Below the pieces are notes generated by a model. That model had not been told where the DNA came from. It made no database searches and saw only the letters and a program-made list of their open reading frames with translations. A stretch of 32,000 nucleotides of DNA from Desulfobulbus propionicus DSM 2032. GTDB lineage: Bacteria; Desulfobacterota; Desulfobulbia; Desulfobulbales; Desulfobulbaceae. Shown here piece after piece: positions 1 to 8,348 of the stretch. The stretch spans positions 330,001-362,000 of the forward strand of contig NC_014972.1 of the NCBI RefSeq assembly GCF_000186885.1, given 5' to 3'. The position numbers and the translations under genes were made by a program. The first letter of the stretch is position 1. Each line of letters opens with the position of its first letter.

Positions 1-681
1 AGCGGCTACATGGTCTATTCCATGAAAGAAGAACTCAGCCAGCTGTCAATTCTCCCGACCAATTGGGGCCTTCCCTTCCTGGTTGCAGGACTTGGTCAAC
101 TCTACATTGCCAGGGTCGGCTCGGAATATTTTCTCCAAAGAACTTCCCTTATTCTTGTGTTGCTGGGAATAACTCTTTTCCTTTTAGGCAAGGCCATCAC
201 GAAAAAAGTGCTACTGCCGATCGCCTACCTTTTGTTCATGGTTCCGCTTCCAGCTATCATCTGGAACAAGATCGCTTTTCCTATGCAGCTTTTTTCCAGT
301 GCGATCACCGAAGAGGTGGTCAGGATGATTGGTATCCCTATTTTTCGTGAAGGCAATGTTCTCCACCTTGCGCAGACGACTTTGGAAGTCGTCGATGCCT
401 GCTCGGGCCTCCGCTCCTTGACCACCATGTTTGCCCTGGCCGCAGCCCTCGCCTGGTTCACCGACTTTGTCCAGTGGAAAAAATGGGTACTATTTTTTCT
501 GGCCGCTCCGGTTGCCATGTTTGCCAATATCGTGCGCCTCACTGCCACCGCAGGTTTAGCCAGTATCTATGGGGGAAAAGTGGCTCAGGGGTTTCTTCAT
601 GATTTTTCAGGGATATTTACTTTTGTACTCGGGCTGAGCCTGCTCATGTTGAGCAATAAGTTCCTGCTCAGAAAGAAATGA
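1..681 (+). CDS. xrtA: Exosortase (XrtA/EpsH-type), 5'-partial
   Basis: The frame is open to the window start (no stop in 1-9), so the gene is truncated by the window. It is a polytopic membrane protein with the exosortase catalytic signature: Cys in 'VVDACSGLRS', Arg in 'FANIVRL', His in 'GFLHDFSG'. The XrtA subtype is inferred only from the downstream deacetylase/FemAB/AsnB neighbours. Confidence 0.85.
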   Translation, partial: SGYMVYSMKEELSQLSILPTNWGLPFLVAGLGQLYIARVGSEYFLQRTSLILVLLGITLFLLGKAITKKVLLPIAYLLFMVPLPAIIWNKIAFPMQLFSSAITEEVVRMIGIPIFREGNVLHLAQTTLEVVDACSGLRSLTTMFALAAALAWFTDFVQWKKWVLFFLAAPVAMFANIVRLTATAGLASIYGGKVAQGFLHDFSGIFTFVLGLSLLMLSNKFLLRKK

Positions 682-747
682 TGACTCTTCTTATTATTAC
701 CGCATACTTCTTTTGACCTCATATCGTCCATAACATACGCTTCCTAT

Positions 748-1567
748 ATGACTTCAATCGACAACTATCTCACCATTGATGTTGAAGATTATTTTCAAGT
801 TTCGGCCTTTGAGGACATTATTCGAACCGACGATTGGGATGGAATGGAGCATAGAGTTGTGCGCAATACTGAAAATGTGCTCGAGTTATTGGATCAGTAC
901 GATACCAAAGCGACCTTTTTCATAGTTGGCTGGGTAGCTGAAAAATATCCTCATCTCGTTCGCAATATCCATAATCGGGGACACAGCATCGGTTGTCATA
1001 GCTACTGGCATCGTAAGGTGTATGACCTCTCCCCCGAGCAATTCAGAGATGACACCGCCAGAGTAAAAGCAATTTTAGAAGAAATTATCGGAGAACCGGT
1101 GCTTGGCTATCGTGCACCCAGTTATTCAATCACCGCCAATTCCTTGTGGGCAATTGACATTCTCAAGGAGCTCGGCTTTACCTACGACTCCTCGATTTTT
1201 CCCATCCACCACGACACCTACGGCATTCCCGACGCACCCCGTTTTGCCTACCGGCATGCCAATGGCCTACTCGAATACCCGATTTCCACGGCTATCCTGC
1301 TCGGTAGAAAAATTCCAGTTTCCGGGGGGGTATTTTCGGCTATTTCCTTATTGGTTTACTTATTTATGTCTTCAAAGAATCAACCACAACGATGAAAATC
1401 CATTCATATTTTATATTCATCCATGGGAAATAGACCCTCATCAGCCTCGCATGCATAATGCAAGATTGTTATCTCGGTTTCGTCACTACAACAATTTAGG
1501 TAAAACAAGATCCAGGCTAATGCGATTGTTAACAGATTTTGCTTTCACCTCCATACCTTTACAATAA
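748..1567 (+). pseudogene. Polysaccharide deacetylase (NodB fold, PEP-CTERM-locus type), frameshifted in a G7 run
   Basis: The N-terminal part lies in the frame of 748..1395 ('YLTIDVEDYF', 'GHSIGCHSYWH', 'LGYRAPSYS'). The conserved C-terminus ('GGYFRLFPYW...FYIHPWEIDPHQPR...RFRHYNNL') continues in the frame of ORF 1103..1567. The frames switch at the G7 run 1324-1330. This could instead be a sequencing error in an intact gene. Confidence 0.8.
1324..1330 (+). repeat. G7 homopolymer at the deacetylase frameshift site
   Basis: The sequence reads 'tccgggggggtatttt'. Six or nine G would give an in-frame '..VSGG(G)YFRLFPYW..'; seven G breaks the frame. Confidence 0.9.
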
Positions 1568-1666
1568 CTTTTAAAAGATATCTTTATTGTATGGTTATTG
1601 GAATTGGCATGAATTTAATTGTGTAAATATCACAAACGCACTAATTGAATCTGGATAGCAATTTTT

Positions 1667-2707
1667 ATGATCATCAATAAAGCGGTTGAGACAGATCGGA
1701 AAAAATGGGATAACTATGCGTTATCACACCCCGATGCAACGCCCTATCATCTTTGGGCCTGGAAAGAAGCGGTTGAAACGGCTTATGGTCACAAAGCACA
1801 CTACCTAATAGCAGAAGAACAAGGCAAAGTTCGCGGTATACTTCCGCTTTTCCAGTTAAAATTATTTTTTCTGCAAAACCAATTGGTTTCACTCCCATTT
1901 TGTGATGTGGCCGGTCCTATTGCGGACGATTATCTCACACGTGACAGACTTCTCGACAAGGCACAACAAGCAGCAGCGCAATATAAAGCGACCACAGTTG
2001 AACTTCGAACCAGATTATCTCATCAATCAACAATTTTTAATAATAGCAAAGTATCAATGCTTCTGTCCCTGCCTGCTGATCCAAAGGAACTTTGGAATAG
2101 TTTTAGATCAAAACTGCGCAGCCAAATATTAAAAGCTGAAAAAAACGGTCTCATGTTTCGGCTCGGGGAGGGGGATGAGGATATAAAATCATTTTATCAG
2201 GTGTTTAGCCAAAACATGCTCGAATTGGGCTCACCAGTCCATTCCAAATATTTTTTTGCCTCCATCCTTAAAAGTTACGGTGGCTCTTGTCGGATGGGAT
2301 TGGTATTTCTCGACGAAAAACCAATTGGTTGCGGAATCATCCTTTTCTGCGGTACACACACAGCAATCCCTTGGGCTTCAACCATTCGCAAATACAACAA
2401 ATTGGGCCCAAATATGTTATTATACTGGAATTTATTGCAATTCTCCATAAAAGCCGGAGCGAATCTTTTTGACTTTGGCCGCTCAACCCCAAATAGTGGC
2501 ACATACCGATTCAAAGCTCAATGGGGAGCTCAGCCAAACCCCTTACACTGGGATAAGTTACCCGTCGATATCAACCAATATGCCAGCCCAGCATCTCTGA
2601 AACAGCATGGCGTAAATCGGCAGTTAGCAGCAAACCTGTGGAGCAAGCTTCCACTGTCTATTGCTAATTTAATTGGCCCAAAACTCAGACAATATATCAG
2701 TTTATAA
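1667..2707 (+). CDS. FemAB-family (GNAT-fold) PEP-CTERM system-associated protein
   Basis: 346 aa. The N-terminus 'KWDNYALSHPDATPYHLWAWKEAVETAYGHKAHYLIAEEQGKVRGILPLFQLK...LVSLPFCDVAGP' and the size match my recollection of the FemAB-related family found beside exosortase A. It sits directly after the deacetylase. Confidence 0.75.
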   Translation: MIINKAVETDRKKWDNYALSHPDATPYHLWAWKEAVETAYGHKAHYLIAEEQGKVRGILPLFQLKLFFLQNQLVSLPFCDVAGPIADDYLTRDRLLDKAQQAAAQYKATTVELRTRLSHQSTIFNNSKVSMLLSLPADPKELWNSFRSKLRSQILKAEKNGLMFRLGEGDEDIKSFYQVFSQNMLELGSPVHSKYFFASILKSYGGSCRMGLVFLDEKPIGCGIILFCGTHTAIPWASTIRKYNKLGPNMLLYWNLLQFSIKAGANLFDFGRSTPNSGTYRFKAQWGAQPNPLHWDKLPVDINQYASPASLKQHGVNRQLAANLWSKLPLSIANLIGPKLRQYISL

Positions 2708-2708
2708 A

Positions 2709-4985
2709 ATGATTTTCATTTTATTAGGGGTTGCTTGCATATCCTTAGGAATTCTTTTCTATGTGTATTTGGGATATCCAATATTTATTCTCTTTCTCTC
2801 TCTTCTTCTTCCCAATAAATCTATCAGAAAAGCGCGCATAACACCTTCTGTATCTTTTATTATTTCATGTTATAATGAAGAAGCAGTTATAGAAAAAAAA
2901 ATAAAAAATACCCTGTCGTTGGATTATCCAAAGGATAAAATTGAAATCATCGTTATTTCTGATGGTTCTACCGATAAAACAGATGAAATTGTCAAGCAAT
3001 ATGATGTTCAAGGTGTGAAATTGATCCGCCAGGAAGGCCGGCTTGGTAAAACCATGGGAATTAATCTCGCCATGAAGGAGGCAACTGGTGAAATTGTCGT
3101 TTTTTCAGATGCCAATGCCATCTTTCATCAAGATGCAATAACAAATTTGGTAGCAAATTTCGCAGATCACCGAATTGGGTATGTAGTCGGAGAAGCCCGA
3201 TATAATGATATTACCGAAACCGCTGCATCTAAAAGCGAAAGTACCTATTGGCGTTACGAAATTTTATTAAAGACCGCAGAGAGCAGGTTGCACTCCATCG
3301 TGGGCGGTGACGGAGCAATTTACGCGATTCGACGAGTTCTTTACAAAGAATTGCTCCCAACCGATATTAACGATTTTGTCAACCCCCTTCAAATTATCAT
3401 TCAAGGATACAGAGGTGTTTATGAACCAAACGCAATCTGTGAGGAAGAAACTTCCGGCAGATTTGACAAAGAGATTGGACGTAAAATCAGGATTGTTAAT
3501 CGCAGTTTCAGTGGATTGATGCGTGTTAAGGCCGTAATGAATCCGTTACGCACGGGTTTTTACAGCATTCAGATCATCTCCCATAAACTGCTTCGATGGT
3601 TCGCCCCCCTGTTCCTCGCATCGTTCTGGGGAGCCAGTGTGGCTCTTTCTTTTTTCACTTGGCAAAGCGCCTTTCTTTTCCAGGCAATAACGCTTGTTTC
3701 TCTCATCTTTTTGGCATGTTCTTACATTGGCTATATATTTTCTGGTGATCCTCGGCTCTGGCCAGTTTTTGCTTTTCCCTATTATTTCATTGCAGTCAAT
3801 ATTGCGGCGTTTATCGGCGTAGTTCGCAGTTTAAAAGGATCGATTCAGACAACATGGCAGCCGGTTCGTGAAGCTGATTCCTCGCCTGGGCGCTCCTTAA
3901 CTCTTTCCATCGTCGTCCATGTATGCCTCATCCTTCTATTGATTCTCGGTTTCTCCCTCTTTGAGCAGGCCACGGATTGGAGCCTGATATCCCTGTATAT
4001 TCTTTTTTTCCTCTCCCTCACAGTGCCCCTCTATGTTTATTTCGGATATCCTTTGGCCCTTTGCCTTATGAAGAGCAAAGACACAACGAAAAAAAATTAC
4101 AGCAACGTTCTCCCGAGTATAACTCTGCTTATCTGTGCGTATAACGAGGAGAATGTGATTGAGGAAAAAATATGCAATAGTCTTGAGTTAGATTATCCGG
4201 CCGATAAATTCAAAGTAATTCTCGCCTCCGACGGATCAAACGACCAAACTGTAGCCTTGGCACGTCTCCATGAGGACGATCGTCTTCTGATTATTGATTA
4301 TCCTGAGCGAAGAGGAAAAATTGGCGCCTTGCTGGCAACTGTGCCTTTAATAGAGTCAGAGATTATCGTTTTTTCAGACGCCAATACAATGCTCCAGCCC
4401 AAGGCACTTCAACTGTTTGCTCAAGATTTTCTGGACGCACAAGTTGGGGGAGTGAGTGCCAATGTTGTGCTTAAGAACCATGACACCACTTTTGGTGCAT
4501 CTGAATCGCAGTACTATGCCATTGAACGCTGGATTCAGCTCAAGGAATCGCAAATCGGTTCGATTATTGGTGCAGACGGGGGGTTGTACGCTATCCGTCG
4601 TGCCCTTTTCGTTCCACCATCCGCCAATATCATTCTCGATGACTTTGTGATCTCCATGAACGTGGCTAAACAAGGATATAAGTTTATTTACGATCCAGAG
4701 ATCGTGGCCACCGAAAAGGGCAGCAGCGACCATTTTGCCGAGTTCCGCCGCAAGACACGGGTTATGGCCGGCGCTTTTCAGGCGCTCAGTCAATATGAGG
4801 GTATTCCATCGATGGGGGATGGCACGCTCTTTTTCTGTTTCGTTTCCCACAAATTACTTCGCTGGCTGGTTCCTTTTTTTCTACCTTTTCTGCTGGTTTC
4901 CAATGCCCTCATAGTCATTGTGTCACCGCAATCGTTTTTCTTTATGGCGACTCTCTGTGGCCAGACGATCTTTTGGGTTTCTTGA
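2709..4985 (+). CDS. Tandem-fused double family-2 glycosyltransferase, 3' end displaced by IS insertion
   Basis: The ATG at 2709 is in frame with track ORF 2673..4985 and lies 2 nt after the FemAB stop. One ORF holds two complete GT2 modules: 'PSVSFIISCYNEEAVIEKKI..ISDGSTDKT..VFSDANA' and 'PSITLLICAYNEENVIEEKI..ASDGSNDQT..VFSDANT'. Each module is preceded by a TM segment ('YLGYP' / 'YFGYP') and followed by 'SHKLLRW' plus TM helices. The ORF stops at TGA 4983-4985, at the IS junction. Confidence 0.85.
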   Translation: MIFILLGVACISLGILFYVYLGYPIFILFLSLLLPNKSIRKARITPSVSFIISCYNEEAVIEKKIKNTLSLDYPKDKIEIIVISDGSTDKTDEIVKQYDVQGVKLIRQEGRLGKTMGINLAMKEATGEIVVFSDANAIFHQDAITNLVANFADHRIGYVVGEARYNDITETAASKSESTYWRYEILLKTAESRLHSIVGGDGAIYAIRRVLYKELLPTDINDFVNPLQIIIQGYRGVYEPNAICEEETSGRFDKEIGRKIRIVNRSFSGLMRVKAVMNPLRTGFYSIQIISHKLLRWFAPLFLASFWGASVALSFFTWQSAFLFQAITLVSLIFLACSYIGYIFSGDPRLWPVFAFPYYFIAVNIAAFIGVVRSLKGSIQTTWQPVREADSSPGRSLTLSIVVHVCLILLLILGFSLFEQATDWSLISLYILFFLSLTVPLYVYFGYPLALCLMKSKDTTKKNYSNVLPSITLLICAYNEENVIEEKICNSLELDYPADKFKVILASDGSNDQTVALARLHEDDRLLIIDYPERRGKIGALLATVPLIESEIIVFSDANTMLQPKALQLFAQDFLDAQVGGVSANVVLKNHDTTFGASESQYYAIERWIQLKESQIGSIIGADGGLYAIRRALFVPPSANIILDDFVISMNVAKQGYKFIYDPEIVATEKGSSDHFAEFRRKTRVMAGAFQALSQYEGIPSMGDGTLFFCFVSHKLLRWLVPFFLPFLLVSNALIVIVSPQSFFFMATLCGQTIFWVS

Positions 4986-4989
4986 AAAT

Positions 4990-4994
4990 TAAAT
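4990..4994. repeat. Candidate target-site duplication TAAAT (left copy)
   Basis: The same 5-mer recurs at 6275-6279, immediately outside the candidate IS ends. The exact IS ends are uncertain. Confidence 0.35.
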
Positions 4995-6274
4995 GCAGTA
5001 GCCTGCGACAAGTTTAACTATCAAATTGTTGATTTTGTGTAAATATGTTACATTCTTCATCGTTTTAAGGCCGCATCCGCCAACCATCACCCGATGGAGA
5101 TCAGCCATGATCCAGCCCGGCTTTTTTGATTTGCAGGACCGATTGCACAAAATCGACAAGAACGGCGACCCACTTGCCAAGATCAACGAGACGGTCAACT
5201 GGGAGATGTTTCGTCCTGCGCTCGAAAAGGCCAGGGACAAGGGCCGGCAGTCTACGGTCGGGCCGAAGGGGTACGACGTCATCCTGCTGTTTAAGATTCT
5301 CATCCTGCAGTCGTTGTACAATCTGTCGGATGACGCGACCGAGTTTCAGATTCTCGACCGGCACTCCTTTGGGCGCTTTCTTGGTCTGCACATCAGCCAG
5401 AAGGTTCCCGATGCCACCACCATCTGGCGTTTTCGGGAAGACCTCGTCAAGGCCGGCATTGTAGAGGAACTGTTTGCGACCTTCGATGCGCATCTCCGGG
5501 ACAACGGCTTCATGGCGATGAAAGGGCAGATCGTGGATGCCAGCATTGTCAGCGTGCCCAAACAGCGGAACAGCCGGGAGGAAAATGCCCGGATCAAAGA
5601 GGGCGACATCCCGGAGAACTGGTCCGAGAACAAGCGGCGTAGAAAAGACGCGGACGCGCGCTGGACCAAGAAGAACGGCAAGTCTTATTACGGCTACAAG
5701 AACCACATCTCGGTGGATGTGAAGCACAAGTTGATTCGCAGCTATGCCGTGACCGATGCGGCCCTGCACGACAGCAACGTGTTCGAGCAACTCCTTGCCG
5801 ACAATACGAGCAAGGACGTCTGGGCGGATTCGGCCTATCGATCCGCGGATCGATTGGAGCGCCTCGGCCAGGATGGTTTTCGTGAACACATCCAACGCAA
5901 GGGGAGCCGCAATCGTCCCTTGACGCCCAGAGAACAGGAGGGCAACCGAACCAGATCCAAGGTCCGTTCGCGAATCGAGCATGTCTTTGGTGTACAGGCG
6001 CAGCGAGCGGGGAATGTACTGTTGCGCACGATCGGCATAGCCCGAGCCCGAGCAAAGATCGGCTTGCGCAACTTGGTGTATAACATTGACCGAATGGGGA
6101 TGCTTCTGGCTGCAAGCAGGTGAAGTGTGCCCGGAGTGCGGCAAACTGGCAAAAGACCGCCATCGAGCACAGAGCGAGGCACCGCCAAGGTGCAAAACCG
6201 ATCGGATTAAAAGCCAGAAGAGCATGGTCTTTGTGAATAAAATTGTCGGTGAATGGTGCCGGGGCTTGCTAAGC
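4995..6274 (+). mobile_element. IS5-family insertion sequence (ends approximate, +/-15 bp)
   Basis: A single DDE transposase ORF interrupts the GT2 gene, and local G+C is higher than in the flanks. The candidate imperfect terminal inverted repeats are GCAGTAGCCTGC (4995-5006) and the reverse complement of 6264-6274, GCTTAGCAAGC (9/13 with one gap). A second inverted pair is CGACAAGTTTA (5006-5016) and TAAAATTGTCG (6238-6248). TAAAT flanks both ends. Confidence 0.8.
5107..6123 (+). CDS. IS5-family (InsH-like) DDE transposase
   Basis: The ATG at 5107 has GGAG 7 nt upstream; the track ORF start at 5026 is a less likely TTG. The product is 338 aa. The InsH-type N-terminal region reads 'ILLFKILILQSLYNLSDDATEFQILDRHSFGRFLGL'. 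DDE candidates are 'IVDASIV', 'VWADSAYRS' and 'RSRIEHVFG'. Confidence 0.9.
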   Translation: MIQPGFFDLQDRLHKIDKNGDPLAKINETVNWEMFRPALEKARDKGRQSTVGPKGYDVILLFKILILQSLYNLSDDATEFQILDRHSFGRFLGLHISQKVPDATTIWRFREDLVKAGIVEELFATFDAHLRDNGFMAMKGQIVDASIVSVPKQRNSREENARIKEGDIPENWSENKRRRKDADARWTKKNGKSYYGYKNHISVDVKHKLIRSYAVTDAALHDSNVFEQLLADNTSKDVWADSAYRSADRLERLGQDGFREHIQRKGSRNRPLTPREQEGNRTRSKVRSRIEHVFGVQAQRAGNVLLRTIGIARARAKIGLRNLVYNIDRMGMLLAASR

Positions 6275-6279
6275 TAAAT
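6275..6279. repeat. Candidate target-site duplication TAAAT (right copy)
   Basis: This is a direct repeat of 4990-4994, and the copies are 1285 bp apart. Removing 1285 bp puts the 3' GT2 fragment in frame with the 5' part. Confidence 0.35.
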
Positions 6280-6471
6280 TTCAAGATTCCCTTTTATCTG
6301 TTTGCCCTGTCAGGTTTTTTGTTTAAAAGACATATCCCTTTTCGTATCATCGCCTTTCCGTTTTATTTCTGCCTGGTTAATGGAGCTATACTGCTTGGAT
6401 TTTATAAAGGATTTCTCGGAGAACAATCCGTCAAGTGGCGTACGGAAAGGGGGGCTAAATGTGCGGAATAG
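6280..6471 (+). pseudogene. Displaced 3' fragment of the tandem GT2 gene
   Basis: It encodes '..FKIPFYLFALSGFLFKRHIPFRIIAFPFYFCLVNGAILLGFYKGFLGEQSVKW'. This is clearly paralogous to the end of GT2 module 1, 'PVFAFPYYFIAVNIAAFIGVVRSLKGSIQTTW'. There is no credible independent start. Confidence 0.7.
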
Positions 6472-8348
6472 CCGGGGCAACCCGGAATTTGTTAGGGAGT
6501 GATCCTCATCAAACTCTCCACTGGATGAATGATGCCATGCTGCATCGAGGTCCGGACATGGGAGAGATCCATTTGGACGAGGCCATCGGCCTTTGTCATC
6601 GTCGCCTGTCGATCATCGATCTCAGCGAAGACGGCAGGCAACCTATGTCGAGCAGTGATGGTCGGTTCGCCATTGTGTTTAATGGCGAAATTTATAATTT
6701 TCCTGCCTTGCGCAAGGAGCTTGAGAAGAAAGGTCATCTTTTTCGCAGTAGAACCGACACCGAAGTTCTATTGGCGCTTTATCAGGAAGAAGGCACGATT
6801 GGCCTGCAGAAAATCAGGGGCATGTACGCCTATGCCATTTGGGACAAGGAAAAAAAAGAGCTATTTGCGGCTCGAGACCGTATCGGCAAAAAACCGCTCT
6901 ATTTTTTTCATGACGGTGACAGGTTCGCCTTTGCCTCGGAAATCAAATCCTTGCTTGCCATCCCTTCAATCAAGCCCAAATTTGACCCCACCGCCTTGGT
7001 TGATTATCTTAAATATCTCTTTATCCCTCATCCAAAAAGCATTTACAGCAATATTCACAAACTCGCTCCTGGGCATTTTCTGCTGTTCAAAAATGGCAGG
7101 GTCCATATCGAGGAGTATTGGGATGTTGATTTTTCCGAAACGAGCAATGCAAGTGAAGAGGAATTGACCGAAGAGTTGCTGACGATCATAGAAGAAGCGG
7201 TGCAATGCCGATTGCTTTCCGATGTCCCGCTGGGGGCGTTCTTGAGCGGCGGGATTGATTCCTCCGGTGTGGTGGCCTTGATGAACAGGTTGCAGCCGGA
7301 CCCAGTCATAACCTGCACTATCGGTTTTAAGGACAAATCCTATAACGAGGCGGAAGAGGCCAAGACGTTTGCCTTCTCCCTGGGGGCCAGGCACCATGAG
7401 TATTATGTGGAGGATGAGCCGGCTCAGGTGATCAAAAAGCTGGTGTGGCATTTTGATGAGCCTTTTGCCGACTCATCCATGGTACCGACCTATTACGTTT
7501 CGCAAATGGCCCGCAAAAATGTGACCGTTGCCTTGTCAGGCGATGGAGGCGACGAAAATTTTGCCGGCTACGGAAAATACGCCATCGATCAGTTTGAAAA
7601 CAGAGTTCGACAGCACGTACCGTCTCCCCTTCTTCGCCTGCTTGCCTCATTTTCCGGTTCAATGCTCTCCGGAAGCAGGGTGGGGAAAAAGCTCCACTCC
7701 CTTAGTTCGTCCGCCCTGTTGAGTCCGGCTCAGGGATTTTATGTCACCAATACCTTTATCAGCGACAGCCAGTTGCAGACGCTGCTTGCCCCGGAGTTGT
7801 TGGCACAGGTCAGGGACTACGATCCAGCTGGGCATATCCTTGGTTATTACAATCGGGCCCATGGGCCAGATCATCTTGCTGCTATTCTCTACACAGATCT
7901 TAAATTGCTGCTCCCTGGCGACTTTCTTGTCAAGGTAGATAGGATGAGCATGGCCAATTCCCTGGAAGTCCGATCACCGCTTCTCGATCAAAAAGTGATC
8001 GAGTTTGCCGCTCGCATTCCCTCTCGGTTCAAGCTGCACGGCCGCGAAAAAAAATATATCCTGAAAAATGCGTTGCGCGGTGTTTTGCCATCACAGGTCC
8101 TGCAGCGCAAAAAACACGGATTCGAATCTCCCATCAACAAGTGGTTCCGCCACGAATTGCGTTCAATGGCCGAAACGTATCTTCTGTACAATGAGGCCAT
8201 GGCCTCATTTTTCAACATCCATGCCATCAAGCAACTATGGGAGCAACACCAGACCGGCAAGCAGGACCACGGCACCCTCCTGTGGACCCTATTTGTCTTT
8301 GCCCTCTGGCAAGAACAGTGGATTGCAGGCGGTGCTGTTCATGTTTGA
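6459..8348 (+). CDS. Asparagine synthase-like glutamine amidotransferase (exosortase-A-system-associated type)
   Basis: It starts 'MCGIAG', the N-terminal Cys nucleophile of class II amidotransferases. 'FLSGGIDSSGVVAL' is a PP-loop ATP-pyrophosphatase motif. The product is 629 aa, and the start overlaps the GT2 3' fragment by 13 nt. Confidence 0.9.
   Translation: MCGIAGATRNLLGSDPHQTLHWMNDAMLHRGPDMGEIHLDEAIGLCHRRLSIIDLSEDGRQPMSSSDGRFAIVFNGEIYNFPALRKELEKKGHLFRSRTDTEVLLALYQEEGTIGLQKIRGMYAYAIWDKEKKELFAARDRIGKKPLYFFHDGDRFAFASEIKSLLAIPSIKPKFDPTALVDYLKYLFIPHPKSIYSNIHKLAPGHFLLFKNGRVHIEEYWDVDFSETSNASEEELTEELLTIIEEAVQCRLLSDVPLGAFLSGGIDSSGVVALMNRLQPDPVITCTIGFKDKSYNEAEEAKTFAFSLGARHHEYYVEDEPAQVIKKLVWHFDEPFADSSMVPTYYVSQMARKNVTVALSGDGGDENFAGYGKYAIDQFENRVRQHVPSPLLRLLASFSGSMLSGSRVGKKLHSLSSSALLSPAQGFYVTNTFISDSQLQTLLAPELLAQVRDYDPAGHILGYYNRAHGPDHLAAILYTDLKLLLPGDFLVKVDRMSMANSLEVRSPLLDQKVIEFAARIPSRFKLHGREKKYILKNALRGVLPSQVLQRKKHGFESPINKWFRHELRSMAETYLLYNEAMASFFNIHAIKQLWEQHQTGKQDHGTLLWTLFVFALWQEQWIAGGAVHV

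Noticed and set aside
1103-1567. 154-aa ORF listed as a separate gene
   Set aside because: Only its last ~80 codons make sense, as the conserved deacetylase C-terminus. The upstream part is an alternative frame of 748..1395. I treat it as the second half of one frameshifted gene.
5101-6225. 374-aa ORF on the minus strand, antisense to the transposase, plus nested minus-strand ORFs 5594..6163 and 5835..6188
   Set aside because: These are shadow ORFs in a GC-rich coding region. Their sequences are low-complexity and Arg/Pro/Gly/Ala-rich with no recognisable motif. The plus-strand ORF has clear IS5 transposase motifs.
4981-6268. CTTG direct repeat (4981-4984 / 6265-6268) and the 7-bp inverted pair CTTGAAA / TTTCAAG (4981-4987 / 6279-6285) as alternative IS boundaries
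   Set aside because: CTTG spacing (1284 bp) would leave the GT2 3' fragment out of frame. With the 7-bp inverted pair as the IS termini, the flanks show no duplication, and excision also breaks the frame. I kept TAAAT as the better but still uncertain candidate.
6086-6277. 63-aa ORF with a 'CPECG' motif in the right arm of the IS
   Set aside because: It overlaps the transposase 3' end, has no start context or partner Cys pair for a zinc ribbon, and is most simply non-coding IS end sequence.
8068-8340. N-terminal extension of the acetyltransferase ORF, and likewise the extensions at 18427-18537, 16081-16146, 9991-10029, 28225-28299, 5026-5106 and 2673-2708
   Set aside because: These extensions run through the 3' end of the preceding gene in another frame and encode implausible sequence. 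Internal ATGs coupled to the upstream stop are better starts.
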